From Deltaproteobacteria bacterium (GTDB taxonomy: Bacteria > Myxococcota > JACRCW01), in contig JACRCW010000040.1 in the NCBI GenBank assembly GCA_016218805.1, positions 1 to 64,000 of the forward strand: a stretch of DNA of 64,000 nt, read 5' to 3'. Both the position numbers and the translations under genes were made by a program. The notes under the pieces are model-generated. The model was not told the origin of the DNA. It was given only the letters and a program-made list of their open reading frames with translations, and searched no databases. How positions within the stretch are numbered: position 1 is the stretch's first letter; the number at the start of each line of letters is the position of its first letter. Positions 8,050 through 16,549 of this stretch are shown here, piece after piece.

Positions 8050-10620
8050 CTAGCCCACCCCGGCGGCCCGCCGCGGATCCGCGCGGCGCAGCGCGGAGAC
8101 CAGGGCGCCCAGCTCCGGCCCACCCTCGACGTGACCCGCCGCGCGGCGGGCGTTGTCCAGGGACTCGGCCATCTCGCGCGCGCTGATGAAGCGGTCCTCC
8201 GGGTGCGGAGCCAGCGCCCGCTCCAGCACCTGGCGCAGGGCGGCATGCAGGCCGCGCGGCAGGGGCGCGGCACGGCACTGCTGGTGCGCGGCCAGGACCT
8301 CGCCGTCGTCACGGCCCTCCACGGGGAAGGCGGGTTCCCCCGTCAACAGCAGCTGCAGCACGCACCCCACGGCAAACACGTCACTGCGGGCATCCAGCAC
8401 ATCCAGCCGCGCCTGCTCGGGTGAGAGGTAACCGGCGCTGCCCACGACATCCAGCGGCGGTGCATCCACGTGCGTGAACACGCACGCGCCGAAATCCGTG
8501 ATGCGCACCGTCCCGTCCAGGCCCAGCAGGACGTTGCGGGGCGCCAGGTCACGGTGGACCAGGCCCAGCGCGCCCGCCGCTCCGCGCGCGCGGTGCGCGT
8601 GTTCCAGCCCCAGCAGCGCCTCCATCACCACATGGGTCCACACCCCCGGGGCCACGGTGACGCCGCGGCGCCGCGCCGCCTGCCACGCCCGCTCCAGGTC
8701 CAGGCCGTCCACCAGCTCCATGACCAGGAACGGCTCGCCCGCCGCTTCGCCACGGGCCAGCGCGCGGACCACGTTGGGATGGTTGAGCCGCTGCATCACG
8801 TCGCTTTCGCGCATGAACCCGGTGACCGCGGGGATGTCCATCTGGACCTCGGGCCGCAGGCGCTTCACCACCACCAACTCGCCGGTTGTCAGCGCGCGCG
8901 CGCGGTAGACCTCCGCGGCGCCGCCCACCGCCAAGCGGTCCAGCAGTTCGCAGCCGCCCACCACGGGGCCGCGCGGTGCACCCGCCGGCGCCGGGACCGG
9001 GGGTGGCGTCAGCGGGGGCGGCGTCAGCGGCGCGGGCAGCGGCGGCGGCCGCCGGACGCGCGCGGCCACTGCGGCGCGGGCGTCCTCCCAGGCCTGCAGG
9101 TGCCGGGCGTGGACCTCGCCGTCCAACAGCGTGCGGGCGGCGGCGTCCCGCCGGGTGCGGATGACCTCCAGGGCCACGCGTGCCGGGCCGGTGCGCAGGC
9201 CAGCGTCCAGGGCCGGCGGACCAAACTGTCCGCGGTGCGCCTCGGCCGCCGCGTCCACTTCCTCCGGGCCCGCCTGCTCCCCCACGCCCAGCACGGCCCA
9301 CGCCGGCGCGCGGTGGGTGCGCAGGAATTCCTCCGCCACCCGGTTGCGGACCGCGCGCTCCTCCGCCGCCGTGGACTCACCCACCCAGTCCCGCCCGTCC
9401 TCCGGCGTCCCCACCACCGGCCGCTCCTCCAGCCCACCGCCCGCGGAGCACAGCAGCGCCACCCACTGCCGGCGCTCTGCACCCAGGGCGGCGCTCAGCA
9501 TGGCTCCCACGTTGGCCGCGGGGAACAGCGTGGGTGGCAGCTGGCAGGCGGCGCCACCTTCGGCGGCCACCGCGCGCAGCAGCGTGGGCACGACGGCCGG
9601 GATGCTGGTGGCCCGGGGGGGAGCCGCGCACCGGCGCGCCAGTTCCGCTTCCACCTGGTCCTCCGGCAGCACGTGGAGCACCGCCTGCTGGATGGCCATC
9701 ACCGGGTCCAACCGCAGCGTGGCGTGCAGGTCCGCCAGCGCGTCGTACGCGGTCATGTCATGCACGCCGTCCCACGCGCACAGCGCCTCCAGGATGATCC
9801 GCCGGGCATGGCGCTGCACCGCCACCGCCACCACCCAGGGCTCCACACCCGCCAGGTGCGCCACGGCAAGCGGGAAGGGCTGGTCCTGCTCGCGGGCCAG
9901 CCGCGCGGCCGCGGCCACCTGCGCGGGTGCCAACATGCAGGCGGTGCGCAGGGCGGCGGCCAGGCTCTCATCCGGCACGCTGCTCTCCGCGGCGACCAGC
10001 AGGCCGTCACGCACCACCAGGCGCCGCACGCCCGCGGCATCCCGCACGTCAACCTGGCAGTCCGCCCGGCGGGCGCGCGCCGCCAGCAGCAGCGCCGCCA
10101 GTGCACCCTCCGCGTTGGCATGCGCCGCCCCCGGGCCCTCCGCCGCCAGCGCGTCCGCCAGGTCGCCCGGTTCGGTGTGGCGCTCGTCGTGGTTGGGCTC
10201 ATGAGCCGCACCTCCGGCCGGCGGCCCGCTGGCCGCCTCCTCCATGCAGCGGTCCAGCACGCCCATCATCTCCCGGAGTGCCAGCGGTTTTCCCAGCGCG
10301 GCCTGGACGCCCAGCCGGTCGCGAATTTCGTCCGCGCGGCCGGGTGACACGGACGCCGAAGCCACCACCACCGGCACCGCCGCGCCGCGCGGGTGACTGC
10401 GGATCAGGCGCACCAGCTCGCCGCCGGTCATCCACGGCAGCATCAGGTCAGACAGGACCAGGTCCGGGACGTCCTGCTGGAACATCTCCCACGCCTGGCG
10501 GCCGTCTGACGCCCGGCGCACCGTCACGCCCTGCGCGGTCAGGTAGCGGCTGATGAGCAGCGCGGTGTCGGCATCATCCTCAACAACGAGGACCGAGTAG
10601 CCGCGCGTGGGGTTGACCAT
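8050..10620 (-). CDS. Hybrid signalling protein: receiver domain + DUF4388-like region + degenerate J-like region + Pro linker + Ser/Thr protein kinase
   Basis: VLVVEDD...PDLVLSDLMLP...GKP (REC). Kinase motifs LAVGGAAEVY, VVVKRL, HRDLAPRNVLL, TDFG, GYLSPEQ, SDVFAVG. Confidence 0.85.
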   Translation of the reverse strand: MVNPTRGYSVLVVEDDADTALLISRYLTAQGVTVRRASDGRQAWEMFQQDVPDLVLSDLMLPWMTGGELVRLIRSHPRGAAVPVVVASASVSPGRADEIRDRLGVQAALGKPLALREMMGVLDRCMEEAASGPPAGGAAHEPNHDERHTEPGDLADALAAEGPGAAHANAEGALAALLLAARARRADCQVDVRDAAGVRRLVVRDGLLVAAESSVPDESLAAALRTACMLAPAQVAAAARLAREQDQPFPLAVAHLAGVEPWVVAVAVQRHARRIILEALCAWDGVHDMTAYDALADLHATLRLDPVMAIQQAVLHVLPEDQVEAELARRCAAPPRATSIPAVVPTLLRAVAAEGGAACQLPPTLFPAANVGAMLSAALGAERRQWVALLCSAGGGLEERPVVGTPEDGRDWVGESTAAEERAVRNRVAEEFLRTHRAPAWAVLGVGEQAGPEEVDAAAEAHRGQFGPPALDAGLRTGPARVALEVIRTRRDAAARTLLDGEVHARHLQAWEDARAAVAARVRRPPPLPAPLTPPPLTPPPVPAPAGAPRGPVVGGCELLDRLAVGGAAEVYRARALTTGELVVVKRLRPEVQMDIPAVTGFMRESDVMQRLNHPNVVRALARGEAAGEPFLVMELVDGLDLERAWQAARRRGVTVAPGVWTHVVMEALLGLEHAHRARGAAGALGLVHRDLAPRNVLLGLDGTVRITDFGACVFTHVDAPPLDVVGSAGYLSPEQARLDVLDARSDVFAVGCVLQLLLTGEPAFPVEGRDDGEVLAAHQQCRAAPLPRGLHAALRQVLERALAPHPEDRFISAREMAESLDNARRAAGHVEGGPELGALVSALRRADPRRAAGVG

Positions 10621-11031
10621 CCGGAGGGGCTCCCAAAGTCCGCGCCACGGGCCGCGAACCGGACGGCGCGAGCATAGGAGCGTGGCCCCGCTGCCGCCAC
10701 CGGCCTGCCCGGGCGCTTGCTCCATCGTCACGGACCGCATTGGAATGAAGGGCGGCGCTGTGCAGGGCCAGGCTGTTGTCAGCGGCCGCCGCCCAGGCGT
10801 CTGTGGGACCGCACCCGTGCCTCAGAGAGCGCCTCCGAGTCGACAACCTGGTTCCTTGACCTCCGTGAACATTGCGGCGCGGCGGCGTGGGTTTCGCTGC
10901 AATGCGACGCCGACAGGAACGGACCACCAACGGGGATGCCCGCATGCGAATCCATGTTCCGCTCCTGACCCCACGCGGCGAGGAACCCGCCTGGCTCCGG
11001 ATCGTTTTCCGCTACCCCCGCGCAGCCATCC

Positions 11032-11345
11032 GGTGACCGCCCGGGGCAGCATCCGTGGGCCCTGGCGACCGCCCGGTGACGGACCCGGACCCCATCCGTG
11101 CCCCAAGGCGACCCCTTCCGTGACCCCAGGCGCCCCGTCCGTGACCCCCGGCGACGGCCTGGTGACCCCACCTCCACCTACAGGTGACGCCCTTCCACCT
11201 ACCTGGTGACCCCCACTTGCCAGGGCGGTGACCCCCATCAGCCCCGCCGGTGACCCCCGCCTACCCCCACACATGACTCCACCCACCTACATCCTGCCCC
11301 CGGAACCAGGCACGGGTGACCCCCGGAAACCCCTCCGGTGAGGCC
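11032..11345 (+). repeat. Helically phased non-coding repeat array: 15 units of about 22 bp, each starting with an SGTGACCCC-like core
   Basis: Units start at 11032, 11054, 11075, 11097, 11119, 11140, 11161, 11183, 11205, 11227, 11249, 11272, 11293, 11315 and 11337 (intervals 21-23 bp). The top strand is strongly C-rich. Confidence 0.9.
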
Positions 11346-11415
11346 AAGTTGCACCCGTGTCGGGCGCGGGCAACAAGTGGCAACCCAAACCAAGAACAAC
11401 GAGGGGAGCGAACCC

Positions 11416-12216
11416 ATGGCAACGAACGTGGAGGAGTTGAACACCCTGGAACTGTATTTCTTTGGCCCGCTGGCACTGGTGGTCCTGCGGCGCCACAAAA
11501 CCGTCATTGGCGCCCTGATGATCGCCGAGGGAACCGCTCAGTGGCTGGCGGACATTGAACGGTCCGTTCCCCAGACCCGGGACGCGGTGGAGAAACAGAT
11601 CAAGGAGGAAGCGGACGTCACCGCGGCGCTGGCGGCGGCCGGGGTGCACCTGGAGAAGTTGGGGCCGTGGCGGCGGGTGATTGAGCGGACGGCGTTTTCC
11701 ACCAAGGACAAGACGCGCCGAGAAGAACTGCTCAAGGTGGCGGGCTACGGCCTGGGGCAGGTTGAGTCCCCCAAGGAAGCCAAAGAGTTCCTGGTGAACG
11801 TCAAACCGCTGGTGGAAATGCGGAAGGACATGCTGCTGGGGCGGGGTCTGGCGCCTGCGGTGGTGGACTTCCCGATCAACACCTTGGCCGCCATGGAGTC
11901 GGAATCAGGCAACGTGGCCAAGGAGAAGGCGGAGGCGGCGCTGGCCGGCACTCACACGCGCAAGTGCCGGGCGGAGTTGAGCTCCATGTTGGACCGCGCG
12001 GATGACTCCGTGGAGATCCTGGTGCAGCAGTCCCTGTTCCTTGACCCGGCGCAGCGCAAGGCGGTGGAGGACCTCAGCGCGGAGTGGTTGGCGGCGCTGA
12101 ACGAGGCGCGGGTGCTCACGCGCAAGCGCGTGGAGCAGGGGGACGTTCCGCCCAGCCTGGTGGACGGCCCCTCCACCACTCCACCCGCCACCACGCCCGC
12201 GGGTACGCCGGGCTGA
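11416..12216 (+). CDS. Hypothetical all-alpha protein (266 aa) with apparent two-fold internal repeat and Pro/Thr tail
   Basis: GAGGGGAG RBS at 11401-11408, ATG at 11416, strong GC3 bias, amphipathic helical composition, tail PSTTPPATTPAGTPG. Confidence 0.85.
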   Translation: MATNVEELNTLELYFFGPLALVVLRRHKTVIGALMIAEGTAQWLADIERSVPQTRDAVEKQIKEEADVTAALAAAGVHLEKLGPWRRVIERTAFSTKDKTRREELLKVAGYGLGQVESPKEAKEFLVNVKPLVEMRKDMLLGRGLAPAVVDFPINTLAAMESESGNVAKEKAEAALAGTHTRKCRAELSSMLDRADDSVEILVQQSLFLDPAQRKAVEDLSAEWLAALNEARVLTRKRVEQGDVPPSLVDGPSTTPPATTPAGTPG

Positions 12217-12324
12217 AGGGCACAGATTACCCACCTGACCGCGGTGCTCACGGCCTGTCCACGTACTCAACCGCCGCGGTCTTCCGGTCCCCAACCCATC
12301 ACCCCCCTCTGCGCCAAGCGCCGT

Positions 12325-13539
12325 TCAGGGCATTGGCTGGTCCGAAGTGGGCACAGCAGGGCTGTACTCGCCCAGGAGGCTGTTCACGGCTTCTATGTCT
12401 GCCGGGTACAACTTCCGCCCGTCGACACACACTTCGAACTGGAGCAACCCTGCAGGGCCACCGTCGAACGCGTCGACGGTGACGCAGCCGAGGACGAGTT
12501 CGAGACGGCGCTGGAGTTCCACGGCGTCCCGCTCAAGGAGACGACGAGCTGTCTCTGCCGGTGTTTCGCTCGACTGAGCGCCCATGGTCAGGAGGCGGAC
12601 CTGCGTGCATTCGGCGTCAACACAGCGCCACTCGTTGGAAGACTGAAGGGTTGGGCGAGGGGCATCGCCAGGGTGGTCGGCCAACGGTAGGCCGCCGTCA
12701 ACGTCCGCGTACCGATTCGCGGCGAGAACCTCATACTTCCGTCGAAGCTCGCCCGAACTTCCGTTGAGGGTGTCAATGACTAGAGGCCTTCCATCGGCAT
12801 AGCCGGTCGCGACCAGGTCGTCCACGTCCAGTTCCGTAGCTTGGCGGACCCGTCGCCACACCCGGACGGTGGCATGAGCGCCCTCAATGGTAGGACCAAT
12901 CTTGATCAGCCTTTGCCAGAAATCCGGAGTTGACCGCGTTGGCTCCTGAAAGCCGGAGTTCCATTTCGGAGCCGCCTCTGAGACTGATGCCAGCTCGCTA
13001 GGCGAAACAGAGACCCTGTCGTCACGGTGTCGGGAGCCAAGCTCAATCACGATCTGCTCGATGCGAGCCGGTGCGACAATGTCGAAGACCCACTCCCGGA
13101 AGATCTCGTTGGCAAACGGGATGACCCTATCGCCCGTTCGCAGCGGGATCGGCACGCGGGAAAACACGCGCGACACAATGTCGCTGGTGCGCTGCACTCG
13201 TGAGCCATCCGCAGGAGGTGACAACACCCCGACGAGACTGGGAATCCAGACCACAAGGCAGGCGACGTAGACAGAGCGCCGAACGGCAGGCGAGAGCGAT
13301 GATATCCGCGCTTTCGATCCTCCGAACGCCAGCACAAGACCATATCGCTTCGCATAGAATGCGGTACCTGCATAGGCCAACAGAATCACAATCATGACGG
13401 ACACGGCTCGTGTGGGGGTTCCCAGTGCAGAGCGGAACGCGGACCACGCCTGCAGCAGGGCCCCGAGTCGGTCCACAAAAGTGATACCGAGCACCACGAC
13501 GACAAAGAGCACGTACTGCCATCGACGGAGCTTGTTCAT
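12325..13539 (-). CDS. Hypothetical membrane protein (three N-terminal TM segments), compositionally foreign
   Basis: Long ORF, ATG at 13539 (MNKLRRWQYVLFVVVVLGITF). Lower GC and many TCGA sites compared with neighbouring genes. Confidence 0.65.
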   Translation of the reverse strand: MNKLRRWQYVLFVVVVLGITFVDRLGALLQAWSAFRSALGTPTRAVSVMIVILLAYAGTAFYAKRYGLVLAFGGSKARISSLSPAVRRSVYVACLVVWIPSLVGVLSPPADGSRVQRTSDIVSRVFSRVPIPLRTGDRVIPFANEIFREWVFDIVAPARIEQIVIELGSRHRDDRVSVSPSELASVSEAAPKWNSGFQEPTRSTPDFWQRLIKIGPTIEGAHATVRVWRRVRQATELDVDDLVATGYADGRPLVIDTLNGSSGELRRKYEVLAANRYADVDGGLPLADHPGDAPRPTLQSSNEWRCVDAECTQVRLLTMGAQSSETPAETARRLLERDAVELQRRLELVLGCVTVDAFDGGPAGLLQFEVCVDGRKLYPADIEAVNSLLGEYSPAVPTSDQPMP

Positions 13540-13648
13540 CGGAAAGGCCCTGAGGGCAAACAAAGAGACAGGTAGCCGCGCACTCGGGGCCTGCCCCGAC
13601 GTCCGTGATGACAGCCGAGGGGAGCCTAGGTGGCATTCTGTTGGTGGG

Positions 13649-14455
13649 CTAGCCCATCACGGCGATCAACTGCCGGCACTGCCCCACCAGTTCGCCGCCC
13701 TGGGACCACATCTCCGTCAGTTCCTCGGAGTAGCCCTCCGCCGCCCAGCGCGACCGCGTGGACAGCAGCCACGGGGCGTCACCCGGCAGGCCCGGGGACG
13801 GAAAGCGGCCAAGGAAGTGCATGGTGAAGTCCACCGACGCGCCCGCCACCGGCGCCTCCGCACGGGAGAAAAACGCGGGCGGCATGGCGTCCAGCAGTGC
13901 GGCCGCGAAGGGCGCGTCCGCCGTCACAGGCTGCCGCGGCCGCAGCCACGCGGCCATGTGCGCCTCGGGGGCGCCGGCGTACGGCGGCGCGCCCCCGCAG
14001 AAGCGGAACTCCAGGTGCCGAGCAAACGCGGGCAGCATGGGGTGGTCCCCCACCACGGGCGTGGCGTCATCAAACGGGACCACCTTGGGCATCACGGCGT
14101 CCTGGTAGTGCAGCGCCCGCGCGCGCCCCGCTGCCACCGTGGCCGACGCAAAGCACACCACCGCGCCGTCCTCCTGCTCCAGGCGGGCGGACAGGTGGCT
14201 CACCAGCGAGCCGCGGCGCTCTTCGCGCACGCGCAGCACCGCGGGTCCCTGCCGCGCGGGCGCACAGAAATGCACGGTGAGCGAGCGTGGCACGCGCGCC
14301 GGATCATCCACGGTGTCCATCACGCCGCGCACCAGCGTGGCCGCCAGCAGCCCGCCGTAGACGCCACGGCCCTGGTACCAGTCCGGCGTCCAGCGCCCCG
14401 TGAACAACCCGGGCGCGGTGCGCTGGAAGCGGTGCGCCGCATCAAACGGCTGCAT
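13649..14455 (-). CDS. Acyl-CoA thioesterase, double hot-dog (TesB-like) family
   Basis: WYQGRGVYGGLLAA, RSLTVHFCAP, ALLDAMPP, SVDFTMHF, GELVGQCRQ. Confidence 0.85.
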   Translation of the reverse strand: MQPFDAAHRFQRTAPGLFTGRWTPDWYQGRGVYGGLLAATLVRGVMDTVDDPARVPRSLTVHFCAPARQGPAVLRVREERRGSLVSHLSARLEQEDGAVVCFASATVAAGRARALHYQDAVMPKVVPFDDATPVVGDHPMLPAFARHLEFRFCGGAPPYAGAPEAHMAAWLRPRQPVTADAPFAAALLDAMPPAFFSRAEAPVAGASVDFTMHFLGRFPSPGLPGDAPWLLSTRSRWAAEGYSEELTEMWSQGGELVGQCRQLIAVMG

Positions 14456-14456
14456 G

Positions 14457-16376
14457 TCAGGGACCCGCGCTCCACAGCGCGTCCGTGCCGCCCGCCAGGC
14501 CGGCGCGCACCAACTCCGCGGGGGACGGGTTGAGGCTGAGGGTGTGCGAGCCCACCGCCTGCGCCCGGTGGGCGCGGCCCGGCGGCGCCAGCGCGGGCAC
14601 GCGGGTGCCCGGCGTCACCAGCGGCGCATCCCCTGCCAGCGTGGCGGTGGGGTCGGTGACCGGGGCCAGCGCGCCCAGCACCACCGGGCTGGCGTTGGGG
14701 TAGTGGCGGGTCCCGTCAGACACGGGCGGGTTGAAACCACCGGAAACAAACGCCAGCGCCAGCCGCGCGGTCAGCAGGTCCACTTCCGCCAGGGCCAGGT
14801 CCAGCGACGCGGAGATCACCAGTTGCTCGGCGTCCAGCACCTCGAGCTGGGTGGCGGCACCCACCTCAAAGCGGGAGCGCGCGTCACGCGCGTTCTCCTC
14901 GGCCAGCTTCAGCGCGGTGCGCTGGTTGACCAGGTTCTCCTTGCGCACGGACACCTCGCGCAGGTTGCCGCGCACCGCCATCTCCAGCTTCATGCGCGCC
15001 TGGTCCAGCGCCAGGCGCGCCTCGCGCACCTGCGAACCGCTCTCACGCCACGCCGTGTAGCGCTCACCGCCGTCATACAGGGGGAGCGACGCGTTGAGCA
15101 TCACCGAGTAGGTCACCGGGTCCTTCTGGAAGCCGCGGATGTTGGAGGTGGCCCGCGCCGCCGCCGTCAGGCTGACGGTGGGCATCCAGCGCATGAGCGC
15201 GTCTATCCGGTTGCGCTCCGCCATGGCCAGCGCCAGCCGCGCGGCGGCAAAGTCCGGGCGCGTGTCCGCGGCGTGCGCAATGAGCGCGTCCTCCGTCATG
15301 CCGTCTTCAAACGGCGGCATGGGCGGCAGGGCGCCCACGTCAAACCCCTCCTCCACGCCCAGCATGGAGCCCAGCGCGGCCACGGCGGACTGGTAAGCGC
15401 TGCGCGCGGAGCGCACGGAGGCCTTGGCGCGCTCCAGGTCGCTTTCGCCGCGGCGCGCGGCCAGCGGCGGCAGCGTGCCCACCTCCACACGCACGCGCGT
15501 GACGTCCAGGTGGTGCTGCAGGTTCTCCACCTGCTTCTCCGCAATTCCCACCAGTTTGCGCGCGCTCACCGCCTGGAAGTAGCCCAGCGCCACCATGTAC
15601 AGCGCGGTGTCCCGGCCCCGCCGGATGTTGGCGCCCGCCTGCTTCACGCCGTCATACGCGTTGTAGATGAGCGGCACGGCGCGCCCGTTGAACAGCACCA
15701 GTGAGAAGTTGAGGCCAGCGGTGAACACGTGCGCCGGGTTGATGGCCACCGGGTCCGGCGCCTTGCCGGCGGAAATGCTGCCTTCGCGCGCGCGCAACTG
15801 CGCGGCCAGCGCGCGGTTGGCGTACTCGGTGTTGTAGTTGCCGTCCGCCGCCGCCGCCGCCGCCTGCGCGTCATAGATTTGCGCCTGGCCCTCCAGCTGG
15901 GCGCGCTGCGCGCTGGCCTGCGCGTCCAGCTGCTCCTGCGAAACGGCCTGGAATTCAATCACCGGCCAGCTGAACGTGTAGCCCGCCGTGGCCGTGAGGC
16001 GCGGCAGCACCGCGGACCACGCCTTGCGGATGTACAGCTGCGCCTGGAACAGCTTCTCGTGCGCAATGCGCAGGTCGTAACTGTTGCGAAGCGTCATCCC
16101 CATGGCCTCGTCAAACGGGATGACCCGGCCCGTGCCCGGCTTGAGCCCCAGGGTGCCGTCTGGGCTGGCAAAGCCCGCGCCCGCGGACCGCGCGGCGCCC
16201 GCGGCGGTGGCCGGCGCGGCGGTGGACGGCGCGGCGGCGGCGGCGGCCTGGGACGGGTCCATGCCCTGCGCACCGGACATGTCAAACTGCGCGTGCGCCC
16301 ATGCCGGCGCCAACAGCACCCCGGCAACCGCGGACAGCGTGGGGCTGGACACCATGCGCGAGGTGGGCTTGGGCAT
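14457..16376 (-). CDS. TolC-family outer membrane efflux protein
   Basis: Signal peptide ending AHA-Q; two OEP halves (SAVLPRLTATAGY; WMPTVSLTA...LPLYDGG); ARSRFEVGAATQLEVLDAE. Start uncertain (16376 or 16355). Confidence 0.88.
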   Translation of the reverse strand: MPKPTSRMVSSPTLSAVAGVLLAPAWAHAQFDMSGAQGMDPSQAAAAAAPSTAAPATAAGAARSAGAGFASPDGTLGLKPGTGRVIPFDEAMGMTLRNSYDLRIAHEKLFQAQLYIRKAWSAVLPRLTATAGYTFSWPVIEFQAVSQEQLDAQASAQRAQLEGQAQIYDAQAAAAAADGNYNTEYANRALAAQLRAREGSISAGKAPDPVAINPAHVFTAGLNFSLVLFNGRAVPLIYNAYDGVKQAGANIRRGRDTALYMVALGYFQAVSARKLVGIAEKQVENLQHHLDVTRVRVEVGTLPPLAARRGESDLERAKASVRSARSAYQSAVAALGSMLGVEEGFDVGALPPMPPFEDGMTEDALIAHAADTRPDFAAARLALAMAERNRIDALMRWMPTVSLTAAARATSNIRGFQKDPVTYSVMLNASLPLYDGGERYTAWRESGSQVREARLALDQARMKLEMAVRGNLREVSVRKENLVNQRTALKLAEENARDARSRFEVGAATQLEVLDAEQLVISASLDLALAEVDLLTARLALAFVSGGFNPPVSDGTRHYPNASPVVLGALAPVTDPTATLAGDAPLVTPGTRVPALAPPGRAHRAQAVGSHTLSLNPSPAELVRAGLAGGTDALWSAGP

Positions 16377-16549
16377 GAAGGCTGGCTCCGGGGCGAAGGC
16401 TGGCCCGACGGGCGCCGAGGTAGCCAACCCAGCCGGGTGACGCAAGGCGCCCGACGGGACCGCCAACACTTCTTCATGTGGCGGCGGCGGGGCCGTTGCC
16501 GTGGGCGCAGTTGGACACGCGGCGGGACCCGCGGGATAACGGCGGGCGC

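Noticed and set aside
10607..11286. ORFs 10607-11209 (+), 10779-11177 (-) and 10822-11286 (-) crossing the array
   Set aside because: No RBS or codon bias. The mostly 22-bp period shifts the motif between frames, so the VTP/GVT peptide repeats are incidental.
11032..11345. CRISPR array interpretation of the 22-bp periodic repeats
   Set aside because: The conserved core is only about 9 bp and spacers about 13 bp, far below CRISPR dimensions, and there are no cas genes in the window.
13649..14455. Thioesterase as the missing MenI
   Set aside because: It is a double hot-dog TesB-like protein 15 kb from the men cluster and coupled to tolC; MenI is a single hot-dog protein.
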